A stretch of 64,000 bases of DNA from a virus: the IMG/VR virus record IMGVR_UViG_3300026488_000026, positions 14,937-78,936 of that record. One strand, 5' to 3'. The position numbers and the translations under genes were made by a program. The notes beneath the pieces were generated by a model. The model saw only the letters and a list, made by a program, of their open reading frames with translations, ran no database searches and was not told the DNA's origin. Below, piece by piece: positions 16,697-25,959 of the stretch (position 1 is the first letter of the stretch; every line of letters begins with the position of its first letter).

Positions 16697-18556
16697 ATGA
16701 ATAGATTGATTGAAATTATCGAAAAAGAAAAAAAAGAAAGAAGAAAAATTAAAAAAATTTTGATAAAAAGAAAAGATAAAAAAGTAGCAATTAAACCAAA
16801 TTCATTTGATAAATTTGGTCAATTGCTTAAAAATTATACAATAATTTTATACCAAATGTCAAGAGTTTTATCAAATTTTTCTAATAAAAATAAAGCAATT
16901 TTGAATAATTTGTTATTTTTATTAGAAAAATTTGATAATTCATCAAGTTTTTATAGAAACTACAAATATTTTATAATGGGAATTATAGAAGGACAAATAA
17001 ATCCTCAAGTTGTCGCTCAAAATTTTACTCAATTTTATATTACTCTTACTTCTACGCATTTTGAAACTAAAGGTTTAAGTTTTGTTGCAAATCCTTATCA
17101 AGCTACTCAACAAGATAAAGCAAGACCTAATTTAAGACATGGTAAGTTTGGTTATATAAGAAAATATGGATACGAACAAAATTTAGGTTTGGTATTTGAT
17201 GACGAAAGTTATGATGTTGTTGAATATTTTAAAATGATAACAAACGATAAATGTGCTTTTTATACGCCAAATAATAAATATTCTAAAAATTCATTAAGAT
17301 TTGATATTGATGATAAAACTTTGAATATGAATGAAATGGAAATTTTAATTAGAACTACAATGAATAAATTGAATATAAATGGTGAAGTTGAAATTATCGA
17401 AACAACAAAAGGTTGGCAATTTGCAATTTATGTGCCATTGTTTTTTATTAAAACTTTTTATGATAAAAGCGATTATGTTGTAGAACAAATTTTTATTAGT
17501 GATAGAAAAACAACGAAAGCATTTGATGCCTATCAAAAGTTTAATAGAAAGTTTATTAAAGTTTTAGAAAATTTAGCTAAAGAGCTTTTTAATGTTAAAT
17601 TAGAAGTTGATAAATTTGCTTTAGAACAAGAAAAAGTTAGAATATGGCGAAATGCAAAAGCTCATAATCATTGTTATTTTTCTGTTATTGATAATGAAAA
17701 AACAACAATTTTAGAAATGATTGATTTACCTGAAGAAGATGAAAAAGAAAATTTTATAAATTATTTTGAAACTAAAAAAGCAAATGAAATTGAATTACGA
17801 AATAAAATGCCAAATGTTTATAAATTTTTTAAAAAATATAATTTTTCAATGCCTAAAATAAATTGCTCTTTAATCGGTAAAATGAGTGAAAATACCGAAA
17901 GTTTTTATTTAACAAAAGCAATCGTTCATAAATTTGTAATTGATTATAATCATTTAGAAAATTTTGATATTTTGTTGGCTGAATTAAGCGAGGCAATTGA
18001 GCTTGATTTTAGAAATATTTATCAAGAGGAAAAATCAATTGAAAATATAAATATTGTAATTGATTATTATTTAGAAAATTTCGATATTTATCTAACCGCC
18101 CAAAAAACGGCAAGAAGTCGCATGTTTGCTAAAAGTTTAAAAGCTTTTGAAAATATAAGAAAAAATAGAAATAATTTAGGCGAAATAAAGCAAAAAATTG
18201 AAAAAAATAAAAATGAACTTGAAAAAATTAAAAATAATGATGAAAATAAATTGTCAGTTAGAAAAATGGCTAAAGAATTAGAAAAAATTGCTTTTGAATT
18301 GCCTAAATCTACGCTATATGATTATATTAGAAAAGGGAATGTTGATATTTTAATTGAAATGATTGAAATGTTATATGAATATGTTATAATTTTAATGAAT
18401 GGTAATGAAAAAGAGCAACAAAAAGCAATTCAATTGTTTGAAATAATCGAACAATTAAAAGGTGCTGTTAGATATGTTGTAACTATGATGAAATTTGGTT
18501 TGGTTAGAAATGAAAAATTGCGAAAGTTTTTTTATGTAGAAAAACGAAAGGAATGA
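16697..18556 (+). CDS. Rep/AEP primase-like protein with C-terminal HTH
   Basis: RFDID and ETTKGWQ resemble AEP motifs I/II; LSVRKMAKEL...KSTLYDY HTH. Confidence 0.5.
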   Translation: MNRLIEIIEKEKKERRKIKKILIKRKDKKVAIKPNSFDKFGQLLKNYTIILYQMSRVLSNFSNKNKAILNNLLFLLEKFDNSSSFYRNYKYFIMGIIEGQINPQVVAQNFTQFYITLTSTHFETKGLSFVANPYQATQQDKARPNLRHGKFGYIRKYGYEQNLGLVFDDESYDVVEYFKMITNDKCAFYTPNNKYSKNSLRFDIDDKTLNMNEMEILIRTTMNKLNINGEVEIIETTKGWQFAIYVPLFFIKTFYDKSDYVVEQIFISDRKTTKAFDAYQKFNRKFIKVLENLAKELFNVKLEVDKFALEQEKVRIWRNAKAHNHCYFSVIDNEKTTILEMIDLPEEDEKENFINYFETKKANEIELRNKMPNVYKFFKKYNFSMPKINCSLIGKMSENTESFYLTKAIVHKFVIDYNHLENFDILLAELSEAIELDFRNIYQEEKSIENINIVIDYYLENFDIYLTAQKTARSRMFAKSLKAFENIRKNRNNLGEIKQKIEKNKNELEKIKNNDENKLSVRKMAKELEKIAFELPKSTLYDYIRKGNVDILIEMIEMLYEYVIILMNGNEKEQQKAIQLFEIIEQLKGAVRYVVTMMKFGLVRNEKLRKFFYVEKRKE

Positions 18557-18804
18557 AAATGCAAGTTACAAAATCAAATCTTTATAATTTGATAACAAAT
18601 GATGCTTTGTTATCAAAACTTTGGGAAGAAAATTTAGCTTGGTATGGTTATTATAAAGATAAAAACGAAACACATGGTATGAGTTATATAAAATATATGG
18701 CTTATATGGATTTACATCAAAAATGTGTTGAGCTTAAAAAAGCAAAATTAGATAAACATGAAGAAAAAATAATAAAAGAATTTGTTAATTTTTATTTTAG
18801 TTAA
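18553..18804 (+). CDS. Hypothetical protein
   Basis: Coupled ORF in operon. Confidence 0.7.
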   Translation: MKMQVTKSNLYNLITNDALLSKLWEENLAWYGYYKDKNETHGMSYIKYMAYMDLHQKCVELKKAKLDKHEEKIIKEFVNFYFS

Positions 18805-18814
18805 AGGAATAAGA

Positions 18815-19300
18815 ATGGAATTTATAAAAACAGATTGGTCGTTTAGTTTGGAAAATATAAAAGAAAAATTAAAAAAGCAAAAAATTCATCTTAGTAAAAA
18901 ACAATATGATGTTATAACTCCGATAGTTTTGCCTTCAAGAAATTATGAGGAAATTCGTAATGCCTATATGAAGTCAGTTCAAAAATTAGGAAGGTATTAT
19001 CATATTCCAGCTTTTAGTAATGTAAAAATAGTATATTTTAATAATATGAGTTGGTTTATTTATTCTAAGGCTTATTTAGAAGAATGGTTGGAATTTTTGT
19101 TATTACAAACAAAAATTAAATTGTCCGATAATATTTTTGAAATACATAAATTAGCACCAAAAGTTATAGAAAAAGAATTAAAGTTTTTTATAAAGCAAAA
19201 GGAAAAAGCACAATTTGATTTAGTTAAAGTTTTTTATGAAGATAAAGCCATTGGTTACAACGCAGTTAATGAATTTTTAAATTTTAAGGAGATTAAATGA
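18815..19300 (+). CDS. Hypothetical protein
   Basis: AAGGA RBS before ATG 18815. Confidence 0.7.
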   Translation: MEFIKTDWSFSLENIKEKLKKQKIHLSKKQYDVITPIVLPSRNYEEIRNAYMKSVQKLGRYYHIPAFSNVKIVYFNNMSWFIYSKAYLEEWLEFLLLQTKIKLSDNIFEIHKLAPKVIEKELKFFIKQKEKAQFDLVKVFYEDKAIGYNAVNEFLNFKEIK

Positions 19301-19542
19301 TTCTTAAAAGAAAAGTTAGTTTTGAAAGATTAAAGTTTATCTTAGAACATTTGAATAAAAATGTTGATGTTTTGGCAATAGTTGATAGTGAAAATCATAA
19401 AATTTTTGTAAAAATTGGCACAATTTGCTATGAAATTACACAAAAAACGCAAAAAATTTTAAATGAAAGCAAAAATTTTTATGAAATTTTGCGTTTTTTG
19501 AACGAAAAAGCAATAAAAATTGAAGATTTTAAGGAAATTTGA
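19297..19542 (+). CDS. Hypothetical protein
   Basis: AGGAG RBS; ATGA overlap. Confidence 0.7.
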   Translation: MILKRKVSFERLKFILEHLNKNVDVLAIVDSENHKIFVKIGTICYEITQKTQKILNESKNFYEILRFLNEKAIKIEDFKEI

Positions 19543-20090
19543 TGAAAAAATTGCAAAAAAATGAAAAAAATTTGTTAATTTTGCCGATTTTTGAGCTATT
19601 TCCTTCAAAAAATATTGAAAATTGGTTTGAAACTTTAATGTTTAAGCGTTTAGCTAATTTATTTTATGTTATAAAGCAAAAAGAGCTTGGAGTTTTAGCC
19701 CAGGAATTAGATGAGATTAGTAGAAATTTAGTGTTTGCAAGTTATTTAAAAACTTATAAAACTTTGGATTATTTTTATGTTTTAATAAAAAATGGTAAGT
19801 TTATTGGCGTGATTAGTTTTGATATTTCTTCTGAAAATTTATATTTTAAACAAGGTAAATATTTGATATTTGCTCAAACAGGTTTAGTTTCAAATGAAAT
19901 TTCGGATTTTTGGTTTATGATGCGTAATTTGCGTGATTTAACAAACAAAATTATAAAAAAAGAACAACCTGATTTTGCAATTGCTTATTTAAAAAATATA
20001 AGCCATAACAAACGATTTTTAAAACAAGTAGAAAAAGAACATAATTTAAAAATAAGTTTGGTATATAATTTAACTTACGGAGCTTTTTAA
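19539..20090 (+). CDS. Hypothetical protein, possibly GNAT-like fold
   Basis: FYVLIKNGKFIGVI beta pattern; weak. Confidence 0.5.
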   Translation: MMKKLQKNEKNLLILPIFELFPSKNIENWFETLMFKRLANLFYVIKQKELGVLAQELDEISRNLVFASYLKTYKTLDYFYVLIKNGKFIGVISFDISSENLYFKQGKYLIFAQTGLVSNEISDFWFMMRNLRDLTNKIIKKEQPDFAIAYLKNISHNKRFLKQVEKEHNLKISLVYNLTYGAF

Positions 20091-20368
20091 TGAAAACAAA
20101 CTTAATTTTATCTGATAAAGAACTTGGTAAAGAAAATAATCAAAAAATTGTGGATTTAATTAGAGAAATTTATCCTTATTTATCGCTTGATGCTGTGGCT
20201 AAGCTTACAGGTTTATCAAAAACAAAAGTTAAAGAAATTTTAAAAGCAAACAATATAAATAAAGAAAACGACCCAAGCTGGTATAATAATACGCCAATTG
20301 TGATTTGGTTGCCAAGTGAATTTTATGATAAGGTTGATATTGAAAATTTAAAATTTGTAAAAAAATAG
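20090..20368 (+). CDS. HTH DNA-binding protein
   Basis: SLDAVAKLTGLSKTKVKEIL. Confidence 0.7.
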   Translation: MKTNLILSDKELGKENNQKIVDLIREIYPYLSLDAVAKLTGLSKTKVKEILKANNINKENDPSWYNNTPIVIWLPSEFYDKVDIENLKFVKK

Positions 20369-20369
20369 C

Positions 20370-20399
20370 TTGACATATGCAATAATAAAATGCTATAAT
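20370..20399 (+). promoter_or_regulatory. sigma70 promoter
   Basis: TTGACA-18-TATAAT with TG extension. Confidence 0.8.
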
Positions 20400-20431
20400 T
20401 TTTTTGAAGTAAATTTAAAAAGGAGAATCAA

Positions 20432-20881
20432 ATGAATGAAATTAATTTGTCAGCTTATTTAAAACAAATGCTTGAGCCACAAGTTGTAATTGAAATTTGT
20501 AATTATGAATTTGGCAAAGATTTTAAAGAAAAATTTGAAAAAGAAGAGCTTTTAAGTTATCTTATTAATAGGTTATTAAAAAATAATGATTTGGCATCAA
20601 ATATGTATGATTTTGTTGAAGTTGTTGGTTTTATCGTCCAACAAGAATTTAAGAATTATGGGCGAGTTTATATAGATGTTGATGAACTTGATAATGTTTT
20701 TTATGTTTTAGTTGGTAGAATGTTAGAAAATGGTATTCCTAAAAACTTAATTAAACAATTTTTAGTTGATTGTTTTAAATCATTTTATGGTTTGCTTGAT
20801 AAAAAAATTTCTGATTTAATTTGGGAATATCAAAATAAAAAAGAAAAATTACCAAATCAGCTTTCAGGATTTGACAAATGA
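20432..20881 (+). CDS. Hypothetical protein
   Basis: AGGAG RBS. Confidence 0.7.
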   Translation: MNEINLSAYLKQMLEPQVVIEICNYEFGKDFKEKFEKEELLSYLINRLLKNNDLASNMYDFVEVVGFIVQQEFKNYGRVYIDVDELDNVFYVLVGRMLENGIPKNLIKQFLVDCFKSFYGLLDKKISDLIWEYQNKKEKLPNQLSGFDK

Positions 20882-21183
20882 TTGAACGCAAATTAAGTTG
20901 TTATCAGGTCCAAAAGGTTATGGACCTTTTTTATTTAAAAAAAGCAACTATTTCAAAAATAGCCCAATATTTTAAAGTTGGTTATAAGACAATTCAATAT
21001 ATAGTCCAAGGCAAAACTTATCGTGATTGTTGGCGTTATGATAGATATGGTTGGGAAAATGAAAATGATTTCAAACTTGCTTATGAACATAGGAAAAGAG
21101 AGAACATTAAAAATTATGGAAATGGTAGAAAATCTCCAAAAATAGAATTCCTATTAGAACAAATAAAAAAAGGAAAAGTTTGA
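20878..21183 (+). CDS. HTH DNA-binding protein
   Basis: TISKIAQYFKVGYKTIQYIVQGKTY. Confidence 0.7.
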   Translation: MIERKLSCYQVQKVMDLFYLKKATISKIAQYFKVGYKTIQYIVQGKTYRDCWRYDRYGWENENDFKLAYEHRKRENIKNYGNGRKSPKIEFLLEQIKKGKV

Positions 21184-21419
21184 AAACAATTTGGCTTGTT
21201 AAATGCCTAAAATGTAATGATGAAGTTGAAAATGGAAAGTGCAAATGTGGAAATGTTGGCGTTAGAAAAAAAGGAAAACAAATTTTAGTTTTATTTTGTG
21301 ACGATTTAAAAACTTGCAACTTAAAAAAAGTTGTAAGATACAAAAACTTAATAATAAAAGAAAAAAGTTGGTTTCCTTTTAGTTTTGCTAAAATTGAAAA
21401 AGTTGAGATGGAGGTATAA
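21180..21419 (+). CDS. Zn-ribbon protein
   Basis: CLKC...CKCG. Confidence 0.65.
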   Translation: MKTIWLVKCLKCNDEVENGKCKCGNVGVRKKGKQILVLFCDDLKTCNLKKVVRYKNLIIKEKSWFPFSFAKIEKVEMEV

Positions 21420-21494
21420 ATGGGTTTTTATTTTAGTTTTATTTTGGTTGGTGTTGTTTGTTTGCTTTTATTTTCAATTATAAAAGGACTTTAA
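21420..21494 (+). CDS. 24-aa membrane peptide
   Basis: GGAGG RBS; MGFYFSFILVGVVCLLLFSIIKGL. Confidence 0.6.
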   Translation: MGFYFSFILVGVVCLLLFSIIKGL

Positions 21495-21581
21495 ATGTTT
21501 GAAGAGATAATTTTTTTAGTTAGTTATTTTGTGTTTTTGATTATTGTAACGATTGAACTTTTAAGTAAGAAAGGAGAATAA
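21495..21581 (+). CDS. 28-aa membrane peptide
   Basis: AAGGA RBS; MFEEIIFLVSYFVFLIIVTIELLSKKGE; abuts both neighbours. Confidence 0.6.
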   Translation: MFEEIIFLVSYFVFLIIVTIELLSKKGE

Positions 21582-21842
21582 ATGAAAATAACAATACAAA
21601 GTTTTTTTGGTGCGGTAGCTTTTATTAGTTTTGTAATTGCAAGTTTTTATTTTAGTGCAATTTTAGGTTTTATTACATTTCTTTTTGGAGGATTTTTTAT
21701 AAATGGAATGGAAGTTTTTATGAAAGCAAATTGGGAATTGTTTAGTAATGAACTTGTTTTAGCAATTTCTTCATTAATTGTTGGTATAATTTCATTTCTT
21801 TTTGCTGTTTGGTTGGATAGTTTAGATAAAGATAAATTTTAA
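21582..21842 (+). CDS. Membrane protein
   Basis: Hydrophobic; AGGAG RBS. Confidence 0.7.
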   Translation: MKITIQSFFGAVAFISFVIASFYFSAILGFITFLFGGFFINGMEVFMKANWELFSNELVLAISSLIVGIISFLFAVWLDSLDKDKF

Positions 21843-21854
21843 AGGAGAATTAAA

Positions 21855-22097
21855 ATGCTTTGGCTCAAAATTAAAAATGTTGGTTATTTAAAAGTTAAGG
21901 ATATTAGCTATGTAGGCGAAGTTAGTTTGATTGATTTTGATGAATATACAAATAAAAATTTATATGGATTTGAAATTGTAATTGGAGGAGAACTTTTACC
22001 TTTAGTTTATGATAGTAAAGAAAAAGCAATTAAGGTTAATGAGGAAATTAAAAAACAACTTTTGATGAGTGCAAAAATTATAAAATTAGAAATTTAG
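21855..22097 (+). CDS. Hypothetical protein
   Basis: AGGAG RBS; resembles 33096..33347 and 49860..50093. Confidence 0.7.
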   Translation: MLWLKIKNVGYLKVKDISYVGEVSLIDFDEYTNKNLYGFEIVIGGELLPLVYDSKEKAIKVNEEIKKQLLMSAKIIKLEI

Positions 22098-22126
22098 TTT
22101 TCAATAGAAAATAAAAGGAGTATAAA

Positions 22127-22423
22127 ATGATGGTTGTAACAAGCTTAAATTTTTTTGAAAATTTAAAAAGCACTGAAATAAGCGAAGAGCAAGAAGAGCA
22201 ACTTATAAAATTTTATGAATTGTTGATTGATTATAAAAATGTAATAGATGAAGCAAGAGAAGATAAAAATATTTTGCTAATTCAAATAGAAAACAACAAA
22301 GAATTGTTAGTATATTACTATGGGCTTTATTTTTTATATTTGAATGAAGAAAAAATTTTTAGTTTTAATTCAAAAGATTTGACTATAATTGGAGATTTTT
22401 TAAAGGAGGCGTTAGATGATTAA
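22127..22423 (+). CDS. Hypothetical acidic protein
   Basis: AGGAG RBS. Confidence 0.7.
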   Translation: MMVVTSLNFFENLKSTEISEEQEEQLIKFYELLIDYKNVIDEAREDKNILLIQIENNKELLVYYYGLYFLYLNEEKIFSFNSKDLTIIGDFLKEALDD

Positions 22424-22775
22424 GTTTATTAAACGCTATGTGTGCCAAGGTAAAGTTCAAAATGATTATGAAAACAAAGTTGATTTTTTTCAAGTGATTG
22501 TTGAAAAAGAAGATGGAAGTCTTGAATGGAATGATGTTGTTGTTAAAGGTTTTTTGGTTTATTTAAAAGGCGGAAATTATGATAGATTTATCCGAGGTAT
22601 GTATAAAATAAAAGAAGAAAAATGGAAAGAGCTTGAAAGCAAATTGTTTGATAAAGTTGAAGTTATTGATTGTAATAAAGAAACTGAGCTTGAAGTTTTT
22701 GAGCTTGCATTATCAGGCGTTAGTTTGCCTGAAATTCAAAAATTTTTAGAAGAAAATGCGGAGAAAGTTAAATGA
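22416..22775 (+). CDS. Hypothetical protein
   Basis: AGGAGG RBS. Confidence 0.7.
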   Translation: MIKFIKRYVCQGKVQNDYENKVDFFQVIVEKEDGSLEWNDVVVKGFLVYLKGGNYDRFIRGMYKIKEEKWKELESKLFDKVEVIDCNKETELEVFELALSGVSLPEIQKFLEENAEKVK

Positions 22776-23077
22776 GAATTTTTCTCCTTTTATTGATAAT
22801 TTCAAGTTTGTTTGGCTATGATTTGTTGTGTTTAGTAGGTAAGAACGGCGATAAATGGTTGGAAGTTGAAAAACAATTAAGTTTGCATTGTGATAGCGAA
22901 AAATTAAAAATAAATGCGGTTAGATTTAGGCAAATTAGCGATTTGTTTGTTTATGAAATGCCAAATAAAGCGGTGTTGTTTTGCGAGAAAGATTGGGTGT
23001 GGAGCTTTAGAAAGCTGATTATAATCGGCAAAGAAAATTTTAAAAGCGGTGATTGCAAAAGTTTTTATAAAAAATAA
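22772..23077 (+). CDS. Exported protein
   Basis: Signal peptide MRIFLLLLIISSLFG; 4 Cys. Confidence 0.65.
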   Translation: MRIFLLLLIISSLFGYDLLCLVGKNGDKWLEVEKQLSLHCDSEKLKINAVRFRQISDLFVYEMPNKAVLFCEKDWVWSFRKLIIIGKENFKSGDCKSFYKK

Positions 23078-23099
23078 AGTTTGTAAAGGTTTTGGTAGA

Positions 23100-23535
23100 G
23101 GATTTGCTGTGGTTTTGGCGTGGATTTGTTAGTTATATGCCAAGCTATTTGTGAGTAATTGGTAGGTAAAAGAAAGTCCGCGGATTTTTTAGCGTTTTGC
23201 ACTCAAATAACCTCCCCCGTTTAATTCACAAGCCACATGTGAATATCTGCTTTTAGTGTCAAACGCTTTTTGTTTACTTAACATAATGCATATTCTCAGG
23301 ACATTTTAAAGCTAAAAAGTGTGAATAACTCAACGAATGGCAATTCAATTTTAAGTGAATGTTAAGGATTTTTTATAAAATAGTAAAATTATAGTGTCTG
23401 ACACTATAAAAAATTTTTAACATAAGGTAGTTTATAGAATAAGCATCGGTCGGCGTGGTTGCGGTCCTTTGCGGTCCTCTTTTATCGCCCTACAAGGAAA
23501 GGTCAAAAAATGCCGCGTTTTGTGGGTCACATTGT
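23100..23535. other. GC-enriched non-coding island with palindromes (possible genome end, packaging site or origin)
   Basis: Convergence point of the two gene blocks; palindrome 23389-23409; direct repeat TTGCGGTCCT x2 at 23459-23478. Confidence 0.5.
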
Positions 23536-23539
23536 AGAT

Positions 23540-23890
23540 TAAAATTTTTTCTTTTAAATCTAAAACAAATTAACTAAAATTTTTTCTTTTAAATCTAAAA
23601 CAAATTAACTAAAATTTTTCTTTTAAATCTAAAGCAAATTAACTAAAAATTACCTTGCAAAATTAAAATTTTTTCTTTTAAATCTAAAACAAATTAACTA
23701 ATAAACTAAAAACAAACAAATTAATAAACAAATTAATTAACTAACAAACTACCTTGCAAGATTAAAATTTTTTCTTTTAAATCTAAAACAAATTAATAAA
23801 CAAATTAATTAACTAACAAACTACTTTGCAAGATTAAAAAATTTTCTTTTAAAATTAAAAGCTAACAAACTAAAACTATCTTGCAATTTT
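23540..23890. repeat. AT-rich composite repeat block
   Basis: About 6 copies of TAAAATTTTTTCTTTTAAATCTAAAACAAATTAAC (35 bp) and 4 of TAYYTTGCAA. Confidence 0.9.
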
Positions 23891-23928
23891 TTAAATTATC
23901 AAAAGTCTTTGACACTTTTTATTAAAAT

Positions 23929-23961
23929 AACGCCAAGGGGACTAATTTTCCCTTTGGCGTT
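23929..23961 (-). terminator. Intrinsic terminator of the putative pre-early operon
   Basis: AACGCCAAAGGGA...UCCCCUUGGCGUU stem followed by AUUUU. Confidence 0.7.
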
Positions 23962-24284
23962 TGAAAATCTTATTCCATAGTTTTTCTTCTGTCTTAACCA
24001 CTTCTATATTTCCTGCTTTTATTTCTTGCTCTATTGCTTGTTTGTTTCCATCTTTGAAAAAGCAAAAATCTTCCAAAAAAAATTTTTAAATATTTTGAAG
24101 TTGTAACCGAAAAATTATAAGCATTTTTCAAGAGATAGATTTTTCTTTCTTTTATAATTACTCCGTCTTTTTCTTTTTTAATATATGTTTTTCCTGCAAT
24201 AAGAGTATTATAACTTTGAAAAATAACTCCTGATTCATTTCCTATTAAAAACTGATTTTTTTGTATTTGTTTTACTTTTAGCAT
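23942..24284 (-). CDS. Conserved phage early protein (FQSY...S.TT.KY type), frameshifted at a T8 tract
   Basis: ORF track stops at 23994; removing one T gives KIFLEDF...KQAIEQEIKAGNI ending at TAG 23942. Confidence 0.6.
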
Positions 24285-24297
24285 TGTGTGTCTCCTT

Positions 24298-24714
24298 TTA
24301 GTTTACTCTATAAATATAATAAGTTTTACCATTTATAGTAATTTCTCTTTCGTCTCCATCATAACTCGCAATTACACTTCCTGCACCATCATATTTTAAT
24401 ACATCTTCAACCCAAGCATCAACATCCACATAATATCGCAAATTTTCTGGTATATCTGATTCATAGCATTCTTCATAAATAGTATATAATTCATTTTTTG
24501 CATACTCTTCTACATCATCATAATCATTAAAAACTAAAAATTCACAGCATCCACAATCTACAAATAAATAGTTGTTCTCTTTTCTGAATTCACAATCTTT
24601 CAAATCTTTTGGAAGCACTTGAAGTGCTTCCGCCAAAATTTTCAAATCATACTTATCTTGAATATTAAAATATTCTAACACTTCTTTAAAAGTTAATTCA
24701 TTATCATATAACAT
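24298..24714 (-). CDS. Acidic ArdA-like antirestriction/DNA-mimic candidate
   Basis: IPENLRYYVDVDAW resembles ArdA C-terminal motif; D/E-rich. Confidence 0.55.
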   Translation of the reverse strand: MLYDNELTFKEVLEYFNIQDKYDLKILAEALQVLPKDLKDCEFRKENNYLFVDCGCCEFLVFNDYDDVEEYAKNELYTIYEECYESDIPENLRYYVDVDAWVEDVLKYDGAGSVIASYDGDEREITINGKTYYIYRVN

Positions 24715-24726
24715 TTTACACCTCCT

Positions 24727-25632
24727 TTAATTTTCTAAATCTTCAATTATATAATCTAAAAAAGTATCTTCATCAAAATCTAATAAAATTTCGATAAAAT
24801 CATTAAGTTTATCATAATCTACTATTAAATGATAAATAAATTCGTCTTTCGCCCATTCATATAAATTTTTAAATAATTCTTTTTTGTTTTGTTTTTTATT
24901 GCAATCTTCACAATCTTTATAATAATTTTCATAAATTTCAATTAATTCTTCTTTTTTAATTTTTTTAAGAAGTTTATCAATTAATTCATCTTCGCTATAA
25001 TCAATTAAACTTGAAATAATCCAACTTAAAGTTTTATAATCTAAATTATTATAATATTTAACATCTTTTAAATACTCTTTTATGTCATCTACTAATACAT
25101 AATAATTTGTGCCATCATGATGCCTGATTATCACTTCAATTTTTTTGTATTTTTTGCAATCAAAAACTTCCACTTCAATATCACCATCCGTTGCTTTATT
25201 TAGGAAATTTTCAAAAGTGCCTATATATTGTATTTCATAATCAAAATTGCCTCGCCATGTCCCTACGCTTTCATCTACCAACCATAGGTTGCCATTATCA
25301 ATTTTTTCATTTAATTCATCTATAAAAAATTTCCAATCTTCTCTCGTCAAATCTCCTGCTTTTCTCCAATCCCAATATTCATAATCTTCTATAATTTCAT
25401 TTTTTTGTTTTTTTAAATTTTTTATTTCTTCTTTAAAATCTTTTATTGTTCTTTTAATTTTATTATATGTTACACTTCCTGTTATAACATCTTTTAACAT
25501 CTCTTCATTTTCTTTTATTTCATATTCAAGTGCTTCAATTCTTTCATTAAGTTCTTGCTCAACCAAATATTTAGCATTTTCTTCTACTACTATATCCCAA
25601 TTAAATTCCATTATTTTTCTACATTCTTTCAT
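24727..25632 (-). CDS. Acidic hypothetical protein, first gene of putative pre-early operon
   Basis: AGGAGG RBS; GTWRG and HHDGTNYY motifs. Confidence 0.75.
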   Translation of the reverse strand: MKECRKIMEFNWDIVVEENAKYLVEQELNERIEALEYEIKENEEMLKDVITGSVTYNKIKRTIKDFKEEIKNLKKQKNEIIEDYEYWDWRKAGDLTREDWKFFIDELNEKIDNGNLWLVDESVGTWRGNFDYEIQYIGTFENFLNKATDGDIEVEVFDCKKYKKIEVIIRHHDGTNYYVLVDDIKEYLKDVKYYNNLDYKTLSWIISSLIDYSEDELIDKLLKKIKKEELIEIYENYYKDCEDCNKKQNKKELFKNLYEWAKDEFIYHLIVDYDKLNDFIEILLDFDEDTFLDYIIEDLEN

Positions 25633-25661
25633 TTGTGCCTCCTTTTATTTTTGTTAATGAC

Positions 25662-25690
25662 ATTATAAAAAATTTTTTATAAAATGTCAA
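25662..25690 (-). promoter_or_regulatory. sigma70 promoter with palindromic spacer
   Basis: TTGACA-17-TATAAT; TTATAAAAAATTTTTTATAA palindrome. Confidence 0.9.
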
Positions 25691-25959
25691 GAATTTTTTA
25701 TAAAAAATATAAAAAATTTTTTATATTTTTATTTTTGTATATACATTAATATATAAGAAAAATTTTTCCGCTCTTTCATTTTTTAGTTTTTTATTTATAA
25801 AAAATAAATGCCAAACACCAAATTTTTCATTCGTTTTACTTTATAAAAAATTTGAAAATTTTTCAAAATTTTTGTATATTTTACTATTACCGCTTTTTTA
25901 ATAAATTTTGAAAATTTAATTTTATTACTATTACCGATTTTTTAGTAGATTTTAAAAGT

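Noticed and set aside
23389-23409. Protelomerase target site
   Set aside because: Short, odd-centred palindrome; no protelomerase gene seen
23540-23890. CRISPR array or type III antitoxin repeats
   Set aside because: Intervening sequences are themselves repetitive; no pairing potential for a pseudoknot; no toxin gene or clear promoter
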